A DNA stretch of 64,000 nt from Paracoccaceae bacterium (lineage in GTDB: Bacteria > Pseudomonadota > Alphaproteobacteria > Rhodobacterales > Rhodobacteraceae). The position numbers and the translations under genes are program-made. Numbering within the stretch: position 1 is the stretch's first letter; each line of letters starts with the position of its first letter. The notes under the pieces are model-generated. The model made no database searches and was not told where the DNA came from. It worked only from the letters and a program-made list of their open reading frames with translations. The DNA is taken from assembly GCA_012103375.1 (NCBI GenBank), contig WLWX01000001.1, forward strand, positions 2,210,492 to 2,274,491, written 5' to 3'. This document shows positions 54,510 through 63,760 of the stretch, one piece after another.

Positions 54510-56021
54510 TCAGCGATTGCGCCCTTGGGCAAAGCGCCCGGCCTCGGCCGCGGCGCGGCGGATTGCCTGGCTTTTGTTGACGGTTTCCTGAAACTCCGCC
54601 TCGGGGTCGCTGTCCCAGACCACGCCGCCACCGGCCTGGATGTACAATGTCTCGTCCTGCACCACTGCTGTACGCAGCGCGATACACATATCCATATCGC
54701 CACCGGCGCTGAAATAGCCGACGCCGCCGCCGTAAACGCCGCGCTTTTCGGGCTCCAGTTCGTCGATGATCTGCATCGCCCTGACCTTGGGTGCGCCCGA
54801 AACGGTGCCCGCAGGCAGACCGGCAAGCAAGGCGGACAGGGCGTCGTGGTCTTCCGAAAGCTCTCCGACGACGTTACTGACGATGTGCATGACATGAGAG
54901 TATCGTTCGACGATAAATTCCTCGGTCGGGTGAACAGTGCCGATTTTTGCCACCCGGCCCACATCATTGCGCCCCAGATCCAGCAGCATCAGGTGTTCGG
55001 CCAGCTCTTTTTCATCCGACAACAGGTCGGCTTCCAGGGCGCGGTCTTCTTCCGGGGTGGCGCCGCGCTTGCGGGTGCCGGCGATGGGGCGGATCGTCAC
55101 CTCGCCATCCATGGTGCGCACCAGAATCTCGGGGCTGGCCCCGATGACCTGAAAGCCGCCGAAATTGAAGTAGAACATGAAAGGTGACGGGTTCGTGCGG
55201 CGTAACGAACGATAGAGCGTGAACGGCGGCAGGCTGAAGTCCTGCGCCCAGCGTTGGGACGGGACCACCTGAAAGATATCACCGGCGCGGATATAGTCCC
55301 GCGCCTTGTCCACAGCGGCCAGGTAATCGGGTTTGGCAAAATTTGACACCGGCGCGGCTTCGGCTGCGGCCTGACCCAGATCCCGCGTTTCGGTGAAAGC
55401 GGCGCGTTCCAGATCGCGCACCGCGTCCATCACCCGTTCCGCGGCCTGCGCATAAGCCGAACGCGCCGACAACCCGCCCGAGGCCCAGGCCGGGGCGACG
55501 ACGATAACCTCGCCCTTTACGCCGTCCAGCACCGCAATGACCGACGGGCGCAGCATGATCGCATCGGGCAGGCCCAGCGGATCAGGGTTCACATCAGGCA
55601 GATGTTCAACCAGCCGGATCATGTCATAGCCAAGATATCCGAACAGGCCCGCGCTGGCAGGTGGCAGACCTTCGGGAATGTCGATCCGGCTTTCCGCGAT
55701 CAGGGCGCGCAGGGCGGTCAGGGGGTCGTCGTCGCAATCCTGCCACTGGTCACGTTCGAACCGGGCCTGCCGGTTGATGCGGCTTTCGGTGCCGCGACAT
55801 TCCCAGACCAGATCGGGTTTCATGCCGATGATCGAATAGCGCCCGCGCACTTCGCCGCCGGTGACACTTTCCAGGATGAACGAGTCCGCGCGCGCCTCGG
55901 CCAGTTTCAGCATCAGCGATACCGGCGTGTCGAGGTCGGCCGCCAGCCGGGTCCAGACCAACTGGTTCGCGCCGGTTTTCCAGGCGGCCTCAAAATCCTC
56001 GAAACTGGGGGTCAGGGCCAT
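54510..56021 (-). CDS. trpE: anthranilate synthase component I
   Basis: ORF track, 503 aa. ...LMLLDLGRNDVGRV..., ...GAPKVRAMQIIDELE..., ...GGVGYFSAGGDMD... Confidence 0.9.
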   Translation of the reverse strand: MALTPSFEDFEAAWKTGANQLVWTRLAADLDTPVSLMLKLAEARADSFILESVTGGEVRGRYSIIGMKPDLVWECRGTESRINRQARFERDQWQDCDDDPLTALRALIAESRIDIPEGLPPASAGLFGYLGYDMIRLVEHLPDVNPDPLGLPDAIMLRPSVIAVLDGVKGEVIVVAPAWASGGLSARSAYAQAAERVMDAVRDLERAAFTETRDLGQAAAEAAPVSNFAKPDYLAAVDKARDYIRAGDIFQVVPSQRWAQDFSLPPFTLYRSLRRTNPSPFMFYFNFGGFQVIGASPEILVRTMDGEVTIRPIAGTRKRGATPEEDRALEADLLSDEKELAEHLMLLDLGRNDVGRVAKIGTVHPTEEFIVERYSHVMHIVSNVVGELSEDHDALSALLAGLPAGTVSGAPKVRAMQIIDELEPEKRGVYGGGVGYFSAGGDMDMCIALRTAVVQDETLYIQAGGGVVWDSDPEAEFQETVNKSQAIRRAAAEAGRFAQGRNR

Positions 56022-56027
56022 CGGCGG

Positions 56028-57932
56028 TCAGGGAAACTGAGCGTGAACAGCGCTGATGGCATGCTGGTTGATCGTGATGCCGGCCTGGTTCTGCACCGAA
56101 TTGGTGAAGGCCGTCAGCATGTCGATGGCCATTGATTCCGCCGTCTGCCGGGCAAAGCCATCTTTCAGCGCAGTCGCCTCGACGTCTGCGTCGTCGGGTT
56201 CCTTGATCGCGTCCAGACGCACCGCAATGACGGTGCCGTCGCCCGAAGGGATGCTGACCACGTCGCCCGGCACCTCCATCGAAAAGACGGTTTCGACCAG
56301 CGCGGTGCTGCCGCCTTCGATGAAACCATCGCGCAGAAGATCGGTTTCGGGGGTTGAAGAGGCACCAAACGGCCCGGCGTCGCCCAATTCTTCAGAACCG
56401 CCACCGCCAACCCGGTTGATCGCAGGCAGATCATCAACAGCGGGGGCAACCGGCAGGTTGGCAATCTGCTCTGCCAGGCGTTTTTCGGTTTCGGCGTTTT
56501 CCCAATCCTGAATGACCTGTTCTTTCACCTCATCCAGCGGGCGCAGGGTGGGGGGGATCAGGGCGTCCAGGCGTAGGGCGAACAGGCTGCCGTCGGGGGC
56601 CTGGATCACCTCGGGGAAGTCGCCCTCCTGCACGGCGGCCGCGGCTTCGCGGAATTCGGCAAAGGCGGCGATGTCGTCGCTGGACGCGGGCGTCCAGTCG
56701 AGTGTGCCAAGCTCCATCTTCGCTTCGGCGGCCAGTTCTTCCAGCGTCGCGCCCCCGGCCAGCAGATCGTCGATCGGGTCAACCTCATCCTCGATCTGGC
56801 GGCGGGCGGTGTCGATGGCATATTCGTCCAGCAGGTCCTGGCGCACATCCTCGAACGTGGTTTCCTGCGCGGTCAGGATGGCGTTCACCCGGAACAGGGC
56901 TGGGCCAAGATCGGTGTCGACCGGCCCGGCAATACCAGGATTGTCGAGTGCGAATACAACCGCGCCCGCGTTGCCGAGTTCGTCTTCTGAGGGGTCGCCG
57001 AAATCGACGTCATCCAGTTCCAGGCCGCGTTCGGCCACAAGATCTTCAAACTCCGCCTCGCCCGCGTCCAGCCGGGCGCGAGCCGCGTCTGCGGCGCCCT
57101 GATCGGGATAGACCAGACGTTCGACAAGCCGGCGTTCCGGGCGGACGTACTCTTCGATCCGATCATCATACATGGCGCGCAGGGCGTCTTCGTCGGCTGC
57201 AATCGTATCCACCAGCATATCCGGCGACAGCCACACATAGGTCAGCTGTTTGGTTTCCGGGTTGGTATAGTCTTCCGGGTTCGCCTCGTAATGTGCCAGA
57301 AGATCCGCGTCGGAGGGTTCGGCAACGGGGGCGGTCAGATCAGCTGCGCCAAGCCTTGCCCAGGTGAAATCGCGACGCTCGCGCGCATAGGAAAACAACG
57401 TGTCGGTAAAGGTCGCGGGCGTTTGTGCTCCGCCCAGCACGGCGCTTTGTAGGATCGCGCGCGACGCCTCGGCGCGGATGATGTCTTCAAACTCGCTTAC
57501 GCTGGAACCGTTCTGGCGCAGGCGCGCCTCATAGGTTGTGCGGTCGAATGCCCCGTCGAGACCTTGAAACCCCGGAATTTCGCGCACCCGGCGACCCACT
57601 TCGGTGTCGCCAACTGACAGGCCGATGGCGCTGGCCTCGTTGTCGATGGCAGCGTCGGCCACCAGCCGCTGTAAGACCCGCCGGTCGATGCCGAATGCCT
57701 GTGCCTGAGCCATTGGAAAGACCTGACCGGTCTGCGATTGCAGCACGTTCAATTCGCTTTGCAAGGCGCGGGCATAGTCGTTCACGGTGATCTCGGATTC
57801 ACCGACTTTGCCAACCGCCTGGTTCGAGCCGCCAAAGTTCGTCACGCTGAAACCGGCCAGACCGACGATCAGCAGAATGAGGATGATCCAGACGACGATA
57901 TTGCTCGCCTTTTTGCCTGCGGATTTTGCCAT
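56028..57932 (-). CDS. periplasmic chaperone / peptidyl-prolyl isomerase, PpiD/SurA-N family
   Basis: ORF track, 634 aa. N-terminal TM anchor IVVWIILILLIVGLAGF, followed by a long acidic periplasmic domain. Confidence 0.7.
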   Translation of the reverse strand: MAKSAGKKASNIVVWIILILLIVGLAGFSVTNFGGSNQAVGKVGESEITVNDYARALQSELNVLQSQTGQVFPMAQAQAFGIDRRVLQRLVADAAIDNEASAIGLSVGDTEVGRRVREIPGFQGLDGAFDRTTYEARLRQNGSSVSEFEDIIRAEASRAILQSAVLGGAQTPATFTDTLFSYARERRDFTWARLGAADLTAPVAEPSDADLLAHYEANPEDYTNPETKQLTYVWLSPDMLVDTIAADEDALRAMYDDRIEEYVRPERRLVERLVYPDQGAADAARARLDAGEAEFEDLVAERGLELDDVDFGDPSEDELGNAGAVVFALDNPGIAGPVDTDLGPALFRVNAILTAQETTFEDVRQDLLDEYAIDTARRQIEDEVDPIDDLLAGGATLEELAAEAKMELGTLDWTPASSDDIAAFAEFREAAAAVQEGDFPEVIQAPDGSLFALRLDALIPPTLRPLDEVKEQVIQDWENAETEKRLAEQIANLPVAPAVDDLPAINRVGGGGSEELGDAGPFGASSTPETDLLRDGFIEGGSTALVETVFSMEVPGDVVSIPSGDGTVIAVRLDAIKEPDDADVEATALKDGFARQTAESMAIDMLTAFTNSVQNQAGITINQHAISAVHAQFP

Positions 57933-58020
57933 GCGGTGCGCTGCCTTCTGCGGTGGTTTTGTCGTCCGGGGACGGGGCTGTCTAAGCCAGCAGGATCAGG
58001 GGGGCAAGGCCGCGCAGGCC

Positions 58021-59199
58021 TCAGCCGGTCACAGATTGAAGCCGGTCCATCAGCGTCGATATTCCGGCGCGGTCGATGTTGGCAAACGCGATGCGCATTT
58101 CGCGCGCGCCTGCGGGGTCATCGGCGGGGCGAAACATGGTTCCCGGCAGGGCCAAGATGCCCGCGTCGCGGACCAGCCGTTTCGCAAGCGCGTCGGATCG
58201 GTCGTCAAACGGGTGTTCGGCATAGGCGAAATAGGCGCCGCAGCCCTTCAGCGTCCAGCCCGACAGGCGTGGGAAATTTTCTGCGATCGCGGCGCGCCGG
58301 TCCAGGATTTCCGCCCGTTCCCCGGCCAGCCATTGCGTCAGGTTCCGCATCCCCCAAAGCGCTGCACGCTGGCCCAGTTGCGGCGGGCAGATCGCCACAG
58401 TGTCGAGGAATTTTTCAACCTCGCCCAAGCGCGCACGAGAGGCGACCATCGCCCCGACCCGGTGGCCCGTCAGACGGTACGCCTTGGAGAAGGAATAGAG
58501 CTGGATCAGCGTGTCATCCCAATCGGGATCGCGGAACAGATCATGCGGCGCGCCGCTGCGGCTGTCAAAATCGCGGTAGGTTTCATCGACGATCAGCGCT
58601 AGACCATGCGCACGCGCCAGATCGCGAAACGCGTTCAGCGTGTCGGCTGGATATTCCGCACCCGTTGGGTTGTTCGGCGTCACCAGAACGATCGCGCGGG
58701 TGCGATCGCTGATCAGCGCGGCGGCAGAGGTCGCATCCGGCACCATATTCGCGCCGCAGGGCAGCGGCACAGCGCGCACCCCGGCCATGTCGCACCACAT
58801 TTTGTGATTGAAATACCAAGGGGTTGGCAGGATCACCTCGTCCCCGGCGGCGGCCAGTGTCGCAAGTGCTGCGCAGAACGCCTGATTACAGCCCGAGGTT
58901 ATGGCGACGTTCTCGGCATGCAGGTCCCCGCCATAGGCCGCAGACCATTGGCTGGCGACCTCTGCGCGCAAATCGGGCAGGCCCAGAACCGGCCCATAGA
59001 GGTGCGCGGACGCATCGGTCAGGATCGCGTCGGCCATTGCGGCGCGCAGCGGTTCGGGCGGCGGGTCAACCGGGGCGGCCTGGCTGACGTTCAGCAGGGG
59101 GCGTTCGGGCGGAAAAGTTGCACCGTCCAGCCAGCGCCGCGCCTCCATCACAGGGGGCGGGTCAGTGGCGGCAAGGGCGGGGGCAAGCGGGCGTGTCAT
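58021..59199 (-). CDS. pyridoxal-phosphate-dependent aminotransferase (class I/II)
   Basis: ORF track, 392 aa. ...LVTPNNPTGAEY..., ...YSFSKAYRLTGHRVG... (PLP lysine). Confidence 0.8.
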   Translation of the reverse strand: MTRPLAPALAATDPPPVMEARRWLDGATFPPERPLLNVSQAAPVDPPPEPLRAAMADAILTDASAHLYGPVLGLPDLRAEVASQWSAAYGGDLHAENVAITSGCNQAFCAALATLAAAGDEVILPTPWYFNHKMWCDMAGVRAVPLPCGANMVPDATSAAALISDRTRAIVLVTPNNPTGAEYPADTLNAFRDLARAHGLALIVDETYRDFDSRSGAPHDLFRDPDWDDTLIQLYSFSKAYRLTGHRVGAMVASRARLGEVEKFLDTVAICPPQLGQRAALWGMRNLTQWLAGERAEILDRRAAIAENFPRLSGWTLKGCGAYFAYAEHPFDDRSDALAKRLVRDAGILALPGTMFRPADDPAGAREMRIAFANIDRAGISTLMDRLQSVTG

Positions 59200-59492
59200 G
59201 CTGCGCGAGATTAGTTATTTTCGCAGGCGTGTCGATTGCGAATATCGCGGTCTGACTCTCCATGCGGCAGGGGTGGGCATTTGAAGTGATCCAAACGCAA
59301 ACCGGTCGCCTTACTGGCTTCAATTCAGGCGGTTAAGCCACGCGATCTAACGTTCCTCGCAGCCCATAAAGTCATCGCATCGCCGGATTGCGCAGGCATC
59401 AGTAGGGCCATTCGGTCGGAAGGGTGATGTTGTGCACAACGCCCTCCTCCTGCGCGGTGCACGACAGGCCGCCGATGCTGCTGACCCTGGCT

Positions 59493-59710
59493 GATTGTGT
59501 TGAAAAACTCCGAAATCAGAGCGTCGCGGATTTCTTGCGAAAACCTATGAAGCGAAATAGTCGGAAAGCTTTGACCACGAGACAGCGCATGGCTGCGCGT
59601 GAGCGCATGTAGGCGATTTGGGCCGACCCCCGCGCCAAAAATTTAGGATCGGGCTGCATGGAAAGAAAAATCATCGTTCAGGCCCTAAAACGGAGTTTTT
59701 CAACACAATC
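59493..59710 (-). mobile_element. MITE-like element, copy 5 (218 bp, inverted relative to copies 1-4)
   Basis: Perfect 20-bp TIRs. Flanked by GGCT/GGCC (3 of 4 matching). Confidence 0.85.
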
Positions 59711-61849
59711 GGCCGAAAGCCGCATCTTGCCGCCAAAATACAGCCCCATCCAGTCGGCCTTGTAGATGCCCACACGCGGTCCGGCGGTCTGATACTTGTT
59801 CCATTCCTTGATCATCCAGGGAAACCCGTACCAGTTCACTTGCAGCGACGTTGCGATGGTCACGCTTTCGCCGGGTGCCATCGCGACGTCCAGCGGGAAG
59901 GACGCGCCCTTATACAGCGATCCGATCACATCCTGCGCTGGCAGATCAATCGAACGCGCTGGCTGGGTGCCGATCCACCAACGCTGGGCCGGAAATGACT
60001 TGCTGACAGAGTTCGCGATACTCAGCCCGCATTGCCCGTCCCAATAAAGGTGTTCCGGGCGCGGTGCGACATTGGTGCGGGTCACCTTGACCTGCACATA
60101 GGGCAAGGTGGTTTCTGCCCCCGGCGCCGGGCGCGCAATGACCGTGGGCGGCAGGCACAACGGTTCAGACCCGTGGCGATGCGCCTCCTTCTCGTCGACG
60201 CAGCCGGGCATATCGCTGGTGCGCTTCAACTCGTCAGCGAAATGCGACAACCCGGCGCGCAGGGCGTCTTCGCAGGGACCGATGCAGGGCACGCCGGTGC
60301 GAGATTCGATTTCCGCGACCGCCAGTTCAACGGCATAGTCGACGCCCTTGTCTATCAACTCGTTGTAATTCGGGATCGTTGGCGGCAGGCCTAGGGCCGA
60401 GGCTCCGGCGGCAACGGCCACGTCGGCCACGCCTTCGCAGAACGCCTCGATATCGCTTTCATTGGCCAGTTCGGCCAGCGCTTTGCATTGCAGCCCGAAG
60501 GGCGTGTAATCCATGATGATATCGCTGGCCAGTTCCAGCAACGATTCATAAGCCCCGCCCAGCCAGTCAAAGCTGTCCAGCGCCCAGTTGGCGAAGTCTT
60601 CCAGGCTTTCGACGCGGGTTCCCTCGCCGCGATATGGTGCCGGGCAGAACTCCTTCCCGATCGGGTACAGGTCTTTCCCGATCGGGTACAGGTCTTTGTG
60701 AATGTCGCTGATGAACGGGCTGACGCCTTCGAATTTGTGCCCGGCGACCACGACGCAGCCCCAGCGACCTTCGTCATAGAAATCGGGAAGTTTGAAATCC
60801 GTGATCTCGACCTCGAACAGGTCCAGAGGGCTGGTGTCGAATTCGATGAAGGTGAAGTCAGGCGGGGCCGGTTCGTTTGCGCCGTACAGCACCTGAATCG
60901 GATTGGTGGGCAACGCGCCGAAATCCGAGCCGATCAATTGGCGCAGCGGGATTACCCGGACATAGACGTTCGACAGGTAATCGAAGGGCGAGTTTGCCAC
61001 CGCCGCGTCCAGATCGACGCGGAAAGTCTGCTTACCGCCGGACACCAGGCCAAAGTCCAGCAATCCGGTGAATTTTGCGTCATTGGCGTTGCCCTGAAAC
61101 GCCGGAAAGGGGCGGTCGCTGACCTGCCACATGCCCGCCTTGGCCCAGGGAATGGCCGTCAGATTGGACAGAAACTGTTCGGACTTGGCGTTGCCGGGCG
61201 TTACCTTCATCGGCGCGTCCGTGGCGACATCACAGCCCGAGGTCTGGCACCAGAACAGCTCCGCCCCTTTGGCGAAGAATTTCAGCGGAATGATCGGCAC
61301 AAACGGTTCGTCCGCGGGCTTGCTGCCGGGACTGACCACGCTGACCAGCGGGCGCGGCGCGGGCCGCGGAGAGGTCGTGGGCGCGGTCTTCGGGGCCTGC
61401 GGCGAGGGGGTCTCGGCCTGTTGCGGCGCAGGCACCTTTGGAATGGGTTTGGGCGTCGGTTGTGGCTGCGGGGCGGGGGCCGGTTGCGGGGCGGGGGCCG
61501 GTTGCGGCGCGGGTTCCGCGACACGCTTGACGCAAAGGATCGACCCGAAGGCTTGGCACTGCGGTCCGTTGCACAGCATCCCGTCACCGAAAATCACCGA
61601 TTGCACGCCGCGCGCCCCGGCGCGGGGGTCGTGCTGGAATGTCTGGGCCCGGTCAAATCCGTTCTGGGTACAAAATAGATCGGCGGCTGGCTGGCCGCAG
61701 GGGCCGTTTTGATGTTTGCACCAGTTCAGCGTCACACCGCGCACGGTCGGCGGCTGGAAATTTCGGGGCTCGGTGGCGGCGATTGCCAGGGTCGGGACCA
61801 GCAGAATCCCAAGCGTTAGGGCGGTCAGAAAGCGGCTGAGTGGGGGCAT
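59678..61849 (-). CDS. orphan secreted protein (~720 aa as it now reads), 3' end replaced by MITE copy 5
   Basis: ORF 59678-61903 trimmed to ATG 61849 (MPPLSRFLTALTLGILLVPTLAIAA signal). Cys-rich ~80-aa N-domain, (PAPQPA)n linker, and a ~560-aa region with no recognised motif. The last 10 codons (DCVEKLRFRA*) are MITE sequence. The displaced original 31-codon end lies at 59399-59492. Confidence 0.65.
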   Translation of the reverse strand: MPPLSRFLTALTLGILLVPTLAIAATEPRNFQPPTVRGVTLNWCKHQNGPCGQPAADLFCTQNGFDRAQTFQHDPRAGARGVQSVIFGDGMLCNGPQCQAFGSILCVKRVAEPAPQPAPAPQPAPAPQPQPTPKPIPKVPAPQQAETPSPQAPKTAPTTSPRPAPRPLVSVVSPGSKPADEPFVPIIPLKFFAKGAELFWCQTSGCDVATDAPMKVTPGNAKSEQFLSNLTAIPWAKAGMWQVSDRPFPAFQGNANDAKFTGLLDFGLVSGGKQTFRVDLDAAVANSPFDYLSNVYVRVIPLRQLIGSDFGALPTNPIQVLYGANEPAPPDFTFIEFDTSPLDLFEVEITDFKLPDFYDEGRWGCVVVAGHKFEGVSPFISDIHKDLYPIGKDLYPIGKEFCPAPYRGEGTRVESLEDFANWALDSFDWLGGAYESLLELASDIIMDYTPFGLQCKALAELANESDIEAFCEGVADVAVAAGASALGLPPTIPNYNELIDKGVDYAVELAVAEIESRTGVPCIGPCEDALRAGLSHFADELKRTSDMPGCVDEKEAHRHGSEPLCLPPTVIARPAPGAETTLPYVQVKVTRTNVAPRPEHLYWDGQCGLSIANSVSKSFPAQRWWIGTQPARSIDLPAQDVIGSLYKGASFPLDVAMAPGESVTIATSLQVNWYGFPWMIKEWNKYQTAGPRVGIYKADWMGLYFGGKMRLSADCVEKLRFRA
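60654..60695 (-). repeat. perfect 21-bp tandem duplication (ttcccgatcgggtacaggtct x2 on + strand) inside the orphan protein gene
   Basis: Read directly from the sequence. It encodes KDLYPIG-KDLYPIG and is in frame. Confidence 0.9.
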
Positions 61850-62095
61850 GGCGATACTCTCGCGTTGTTTTGGGTGCTGCCTGTATGTCTGCAACCATAC
61901 CACAATCGTTCAATTTTCAGAAGGTTGCGCCCCTGGGTGACCGGGGGTGGTCCGGGAATGACCCGGATAGCCCGGGGAATCGCGCCCGAATGGCCGGCGT
62001 CGGGGCCGCCCCTGACCCCACACATCGCGCGTGACTTGACAGGACACGGGCATGGCGGCGACCTTGGTGGCAGAACCGCGCGAAAGGAATGCCAC

Positions 62096-62530
62096 ATGCT
62101 CGTCCGCCAGATTCTGAATGCCAAGCCTGAAGGAAACGTCCTGACCCTGCCGCCCGGCACCAGTGTGCCCGATGCTGTGGCCCTGCTGTCATCGAAAAAG
62201 ATCGGTGCCGTCATCATCTCTCCGGATGGGGAACAAGCGCTGGGGATCCTGTCTGAACGCGACATCGTGCGCGAGTTGGGCAAACGCGGCACCGGCTGTC
62301 TGACAGACACGGTGGACGATCTGATGACCCGAAACCTGCAAAGCTGTACCAGCAGTTCGACCGCTGACGAGGTTCTGGCCCAGATGACAGACGGGCGTTT
62401 CCGCCACCTGCCGGTGATCGAAGATGGCAAGATGATCGGGCTTATTTCGATCGGGGACGTGGTCAAGGCCCGCCTGAGTGAGCTTTCCATGGAACGCGAT
62501 GCGCTGGCCGATATGGTGATGGGCCACTAG
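62096..62530 (+). CDS. CBS-pair domain protein
   Basis: ORF 61865-62530 trimmed to ATG 62096 (MLVRQILNAKPEGNVLTLPPGTSVPDAVALLSSKKIGAVII...GILSERDIV...FRHLPVIEDGKMIGLISIGDVV). Confidence 0.8.
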   Translation: MLVRQILNAKPEGNVLTLPPGTSVPDAVALLSSKKIGAVIISPDGEQALGILSERDIVRELGKRGTGCLTDTVDDLMTRNLQSCTSSSTADEVLAQMTDGRFRHLPVIEDGKMIGLISIGDVVKARLSELSMERDALADMVMGH

Positions 62531-62596
62531 GGCTTGCAAATCGCGGTGCGATCAGGTTGCGTCACGCCCACCTGAAACGCGCCGAAAGGGACGCCC

Positions 62597-63094
62597 ATGC
62601 GCATCGGCCTATACCCCGGCACGTTCGACCCGATCACGCTTGGGCACCTCGATATCATTCACCGCGCATCCACACTGGTGGACCGGTTGGTCATCGGGGT
62701 GGCGATCAACGAAGACAAGGGACCATTGTTCAACCTGGATGAACGGGTGGCCATGGTGCAGGCGGAATGCAAACGCATCACCGCTCAGACCGGGATGGAA
62801 TGCCAGGTACACCCGTTCGACAATCTGCTGATCGATTGCGCCCGCGATGTCGGGGCCAGCATGATCGTGCGCGGCCTGCGCGCTGTGGCGGACTTCGAAT
62901 ACGAATACCAGATGGTCGGGATGAACCGCGCGCTGGATGACGGGATCGAGACGGTGTTTCTGATGGCGGACGCCGAATATCAGGCGATCGCCTCGAAACT
63001 GGTGAAAGAGATTGCGCGGCTGGGCGGCGATGTGTCCAAATTTGTGACAACGGACGTGCGCGCCGCACTGCATGCGAAATTGGTCAGCGGTTGA
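62597..63094 (+). CDS. coaD: pantetheine-phosphate adenylyltransferase
   Basis: ORF track, 165 aa. YPGTFDPITLGHLDII nucleotidyltransferase motif. Confidence 0.9.
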   Translation: MRIGLYPGTFDPITLGHLDIIHRASTLVDRLVIGVAINEDKGPLFNLDERVAMVQAECKRITAQTGMECQVHPFDNLLIDCARDVGASMIVRGLRAVADFEYEYQMVGMNRALDDGIETVFLMADAEYQAIASKLVKEIARLGGDVSKFVTTDVRAALHAKLVSG

Positions 63095-63534
63095 TGCGCC
63101 GCCTCGTCCTGTCGAGCGACCACGCCGCAATTGACCTGCGCCAAGCCATCGCCGCCCACTGCACCGCGCTGGGGTGGCAGGTTGCGGATATCGGCCCAAC
63201 CTCCGCCGAAAGCACACATTACCCGGCCCATGGCGAAGCTGCCGCGCGGCGTGTCGCCTCGGGCGATTGCCAATTGGGCATCATCCTGTGCGGCACCGGG
63301 CAGGGGATCATGATGGCGGCGAACAAGGTCCGGGGCATCCGCTACGGCGTCTGCGCCGACACGTTCTCGGCCCGGATGATCCGCCAGCACAATGACGCCA
63401 ACATGCTGGCGCTTGGTGCGCGCGTCATCGGCGAAGGACTGGCGCTTGATATTGTCGAGGCGTTCCTGAGCGCCGATTTCGAAGGCGGACGGCACGCAAC
63501 CCGGGTGGACATGATCGCCGCGCTGGAAGGCTGA
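63094..63534 (+). CDS. rpiB: ribose-5-phosphate isomerase B (RpiB/LacAB family)
   Basis: ORF 63091-63534; ATG 63094 overlaps the coaD stop. ...ILCGTGQGIMMAANKVRGIR... Confidence 0.85.
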   Translation: MRRLVLSSDHAAIDLRQAIAAHCTALGWQVADIGPTSAESTHYPAHGEAAARRVASGDCQLGIILCGTGQGIMMAANKVRGIRYGVCADTFSARMIRQHNDANMLALGARVIGEGLALDIVEAFLSADFEGGRHATRVDMIAALEG

Positions 63535-63672
63535 GCGCGATTCGGATTGCATGACGCGCGCGGTCGGTCGTGCAAAGCCGCATCTGGGGATGACAAAGGC
63601 TCCACTACCGTGAAGATCCGGCCCGTCGCACACCGTGCCCGCACCAAAAGACACTCGCCCCAGGATGTGAAA

Positions 63673-63701
63673 ACGGCGCCCTGAAGATTCCAGGACGCCG
63701 T
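63673..63701. terminator. candidate bidirectional intrinsic terminator between rpiB and gap
   Basis: Hairpin acggcgccctg-aagattc-caggacgccgt (11-bp stem, one mismatch), flanked by aaa on the left (3 bases) and tcaaat on the right. On the minus strand the stem is followed by a short T-run (ttt). Confidence 0.45.
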
Positions 63702-63760
63702 CAAATATCGGATCATTCGCGCCTGATCACGCCCCTTCGGGGATGACCCTGCGCCGCCCG

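Noticed and set aside
10894-59710. The recurring 218-bp repeat as a CRISPR-like or REP-like array
   Set aside because: The copies are kilobases apart and irregularly spaced, they have TIRs and TSDs, and no cas genes are present. This is not an array.
61440-61520. Reiterated GC-rich 18-bp units (also the A/K/P-codon repeats at 33600-33950) as non-coding tandem repeats
   Set aside because: They lie in frame inside long ORFs and encode (PAPQPA)n and KKPAAKK-type low-complexity protein segments.
60488-61678. 396-aa plus-strand ORF opposite the orphan secreted protein
   Set aside because: It is Arg/Gly-rich with no start context. The minus-strand ORF has a proper signal peptide and balanced composition. 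Because the minus-strand protein is itself an orphan, this call is less certain than the others.
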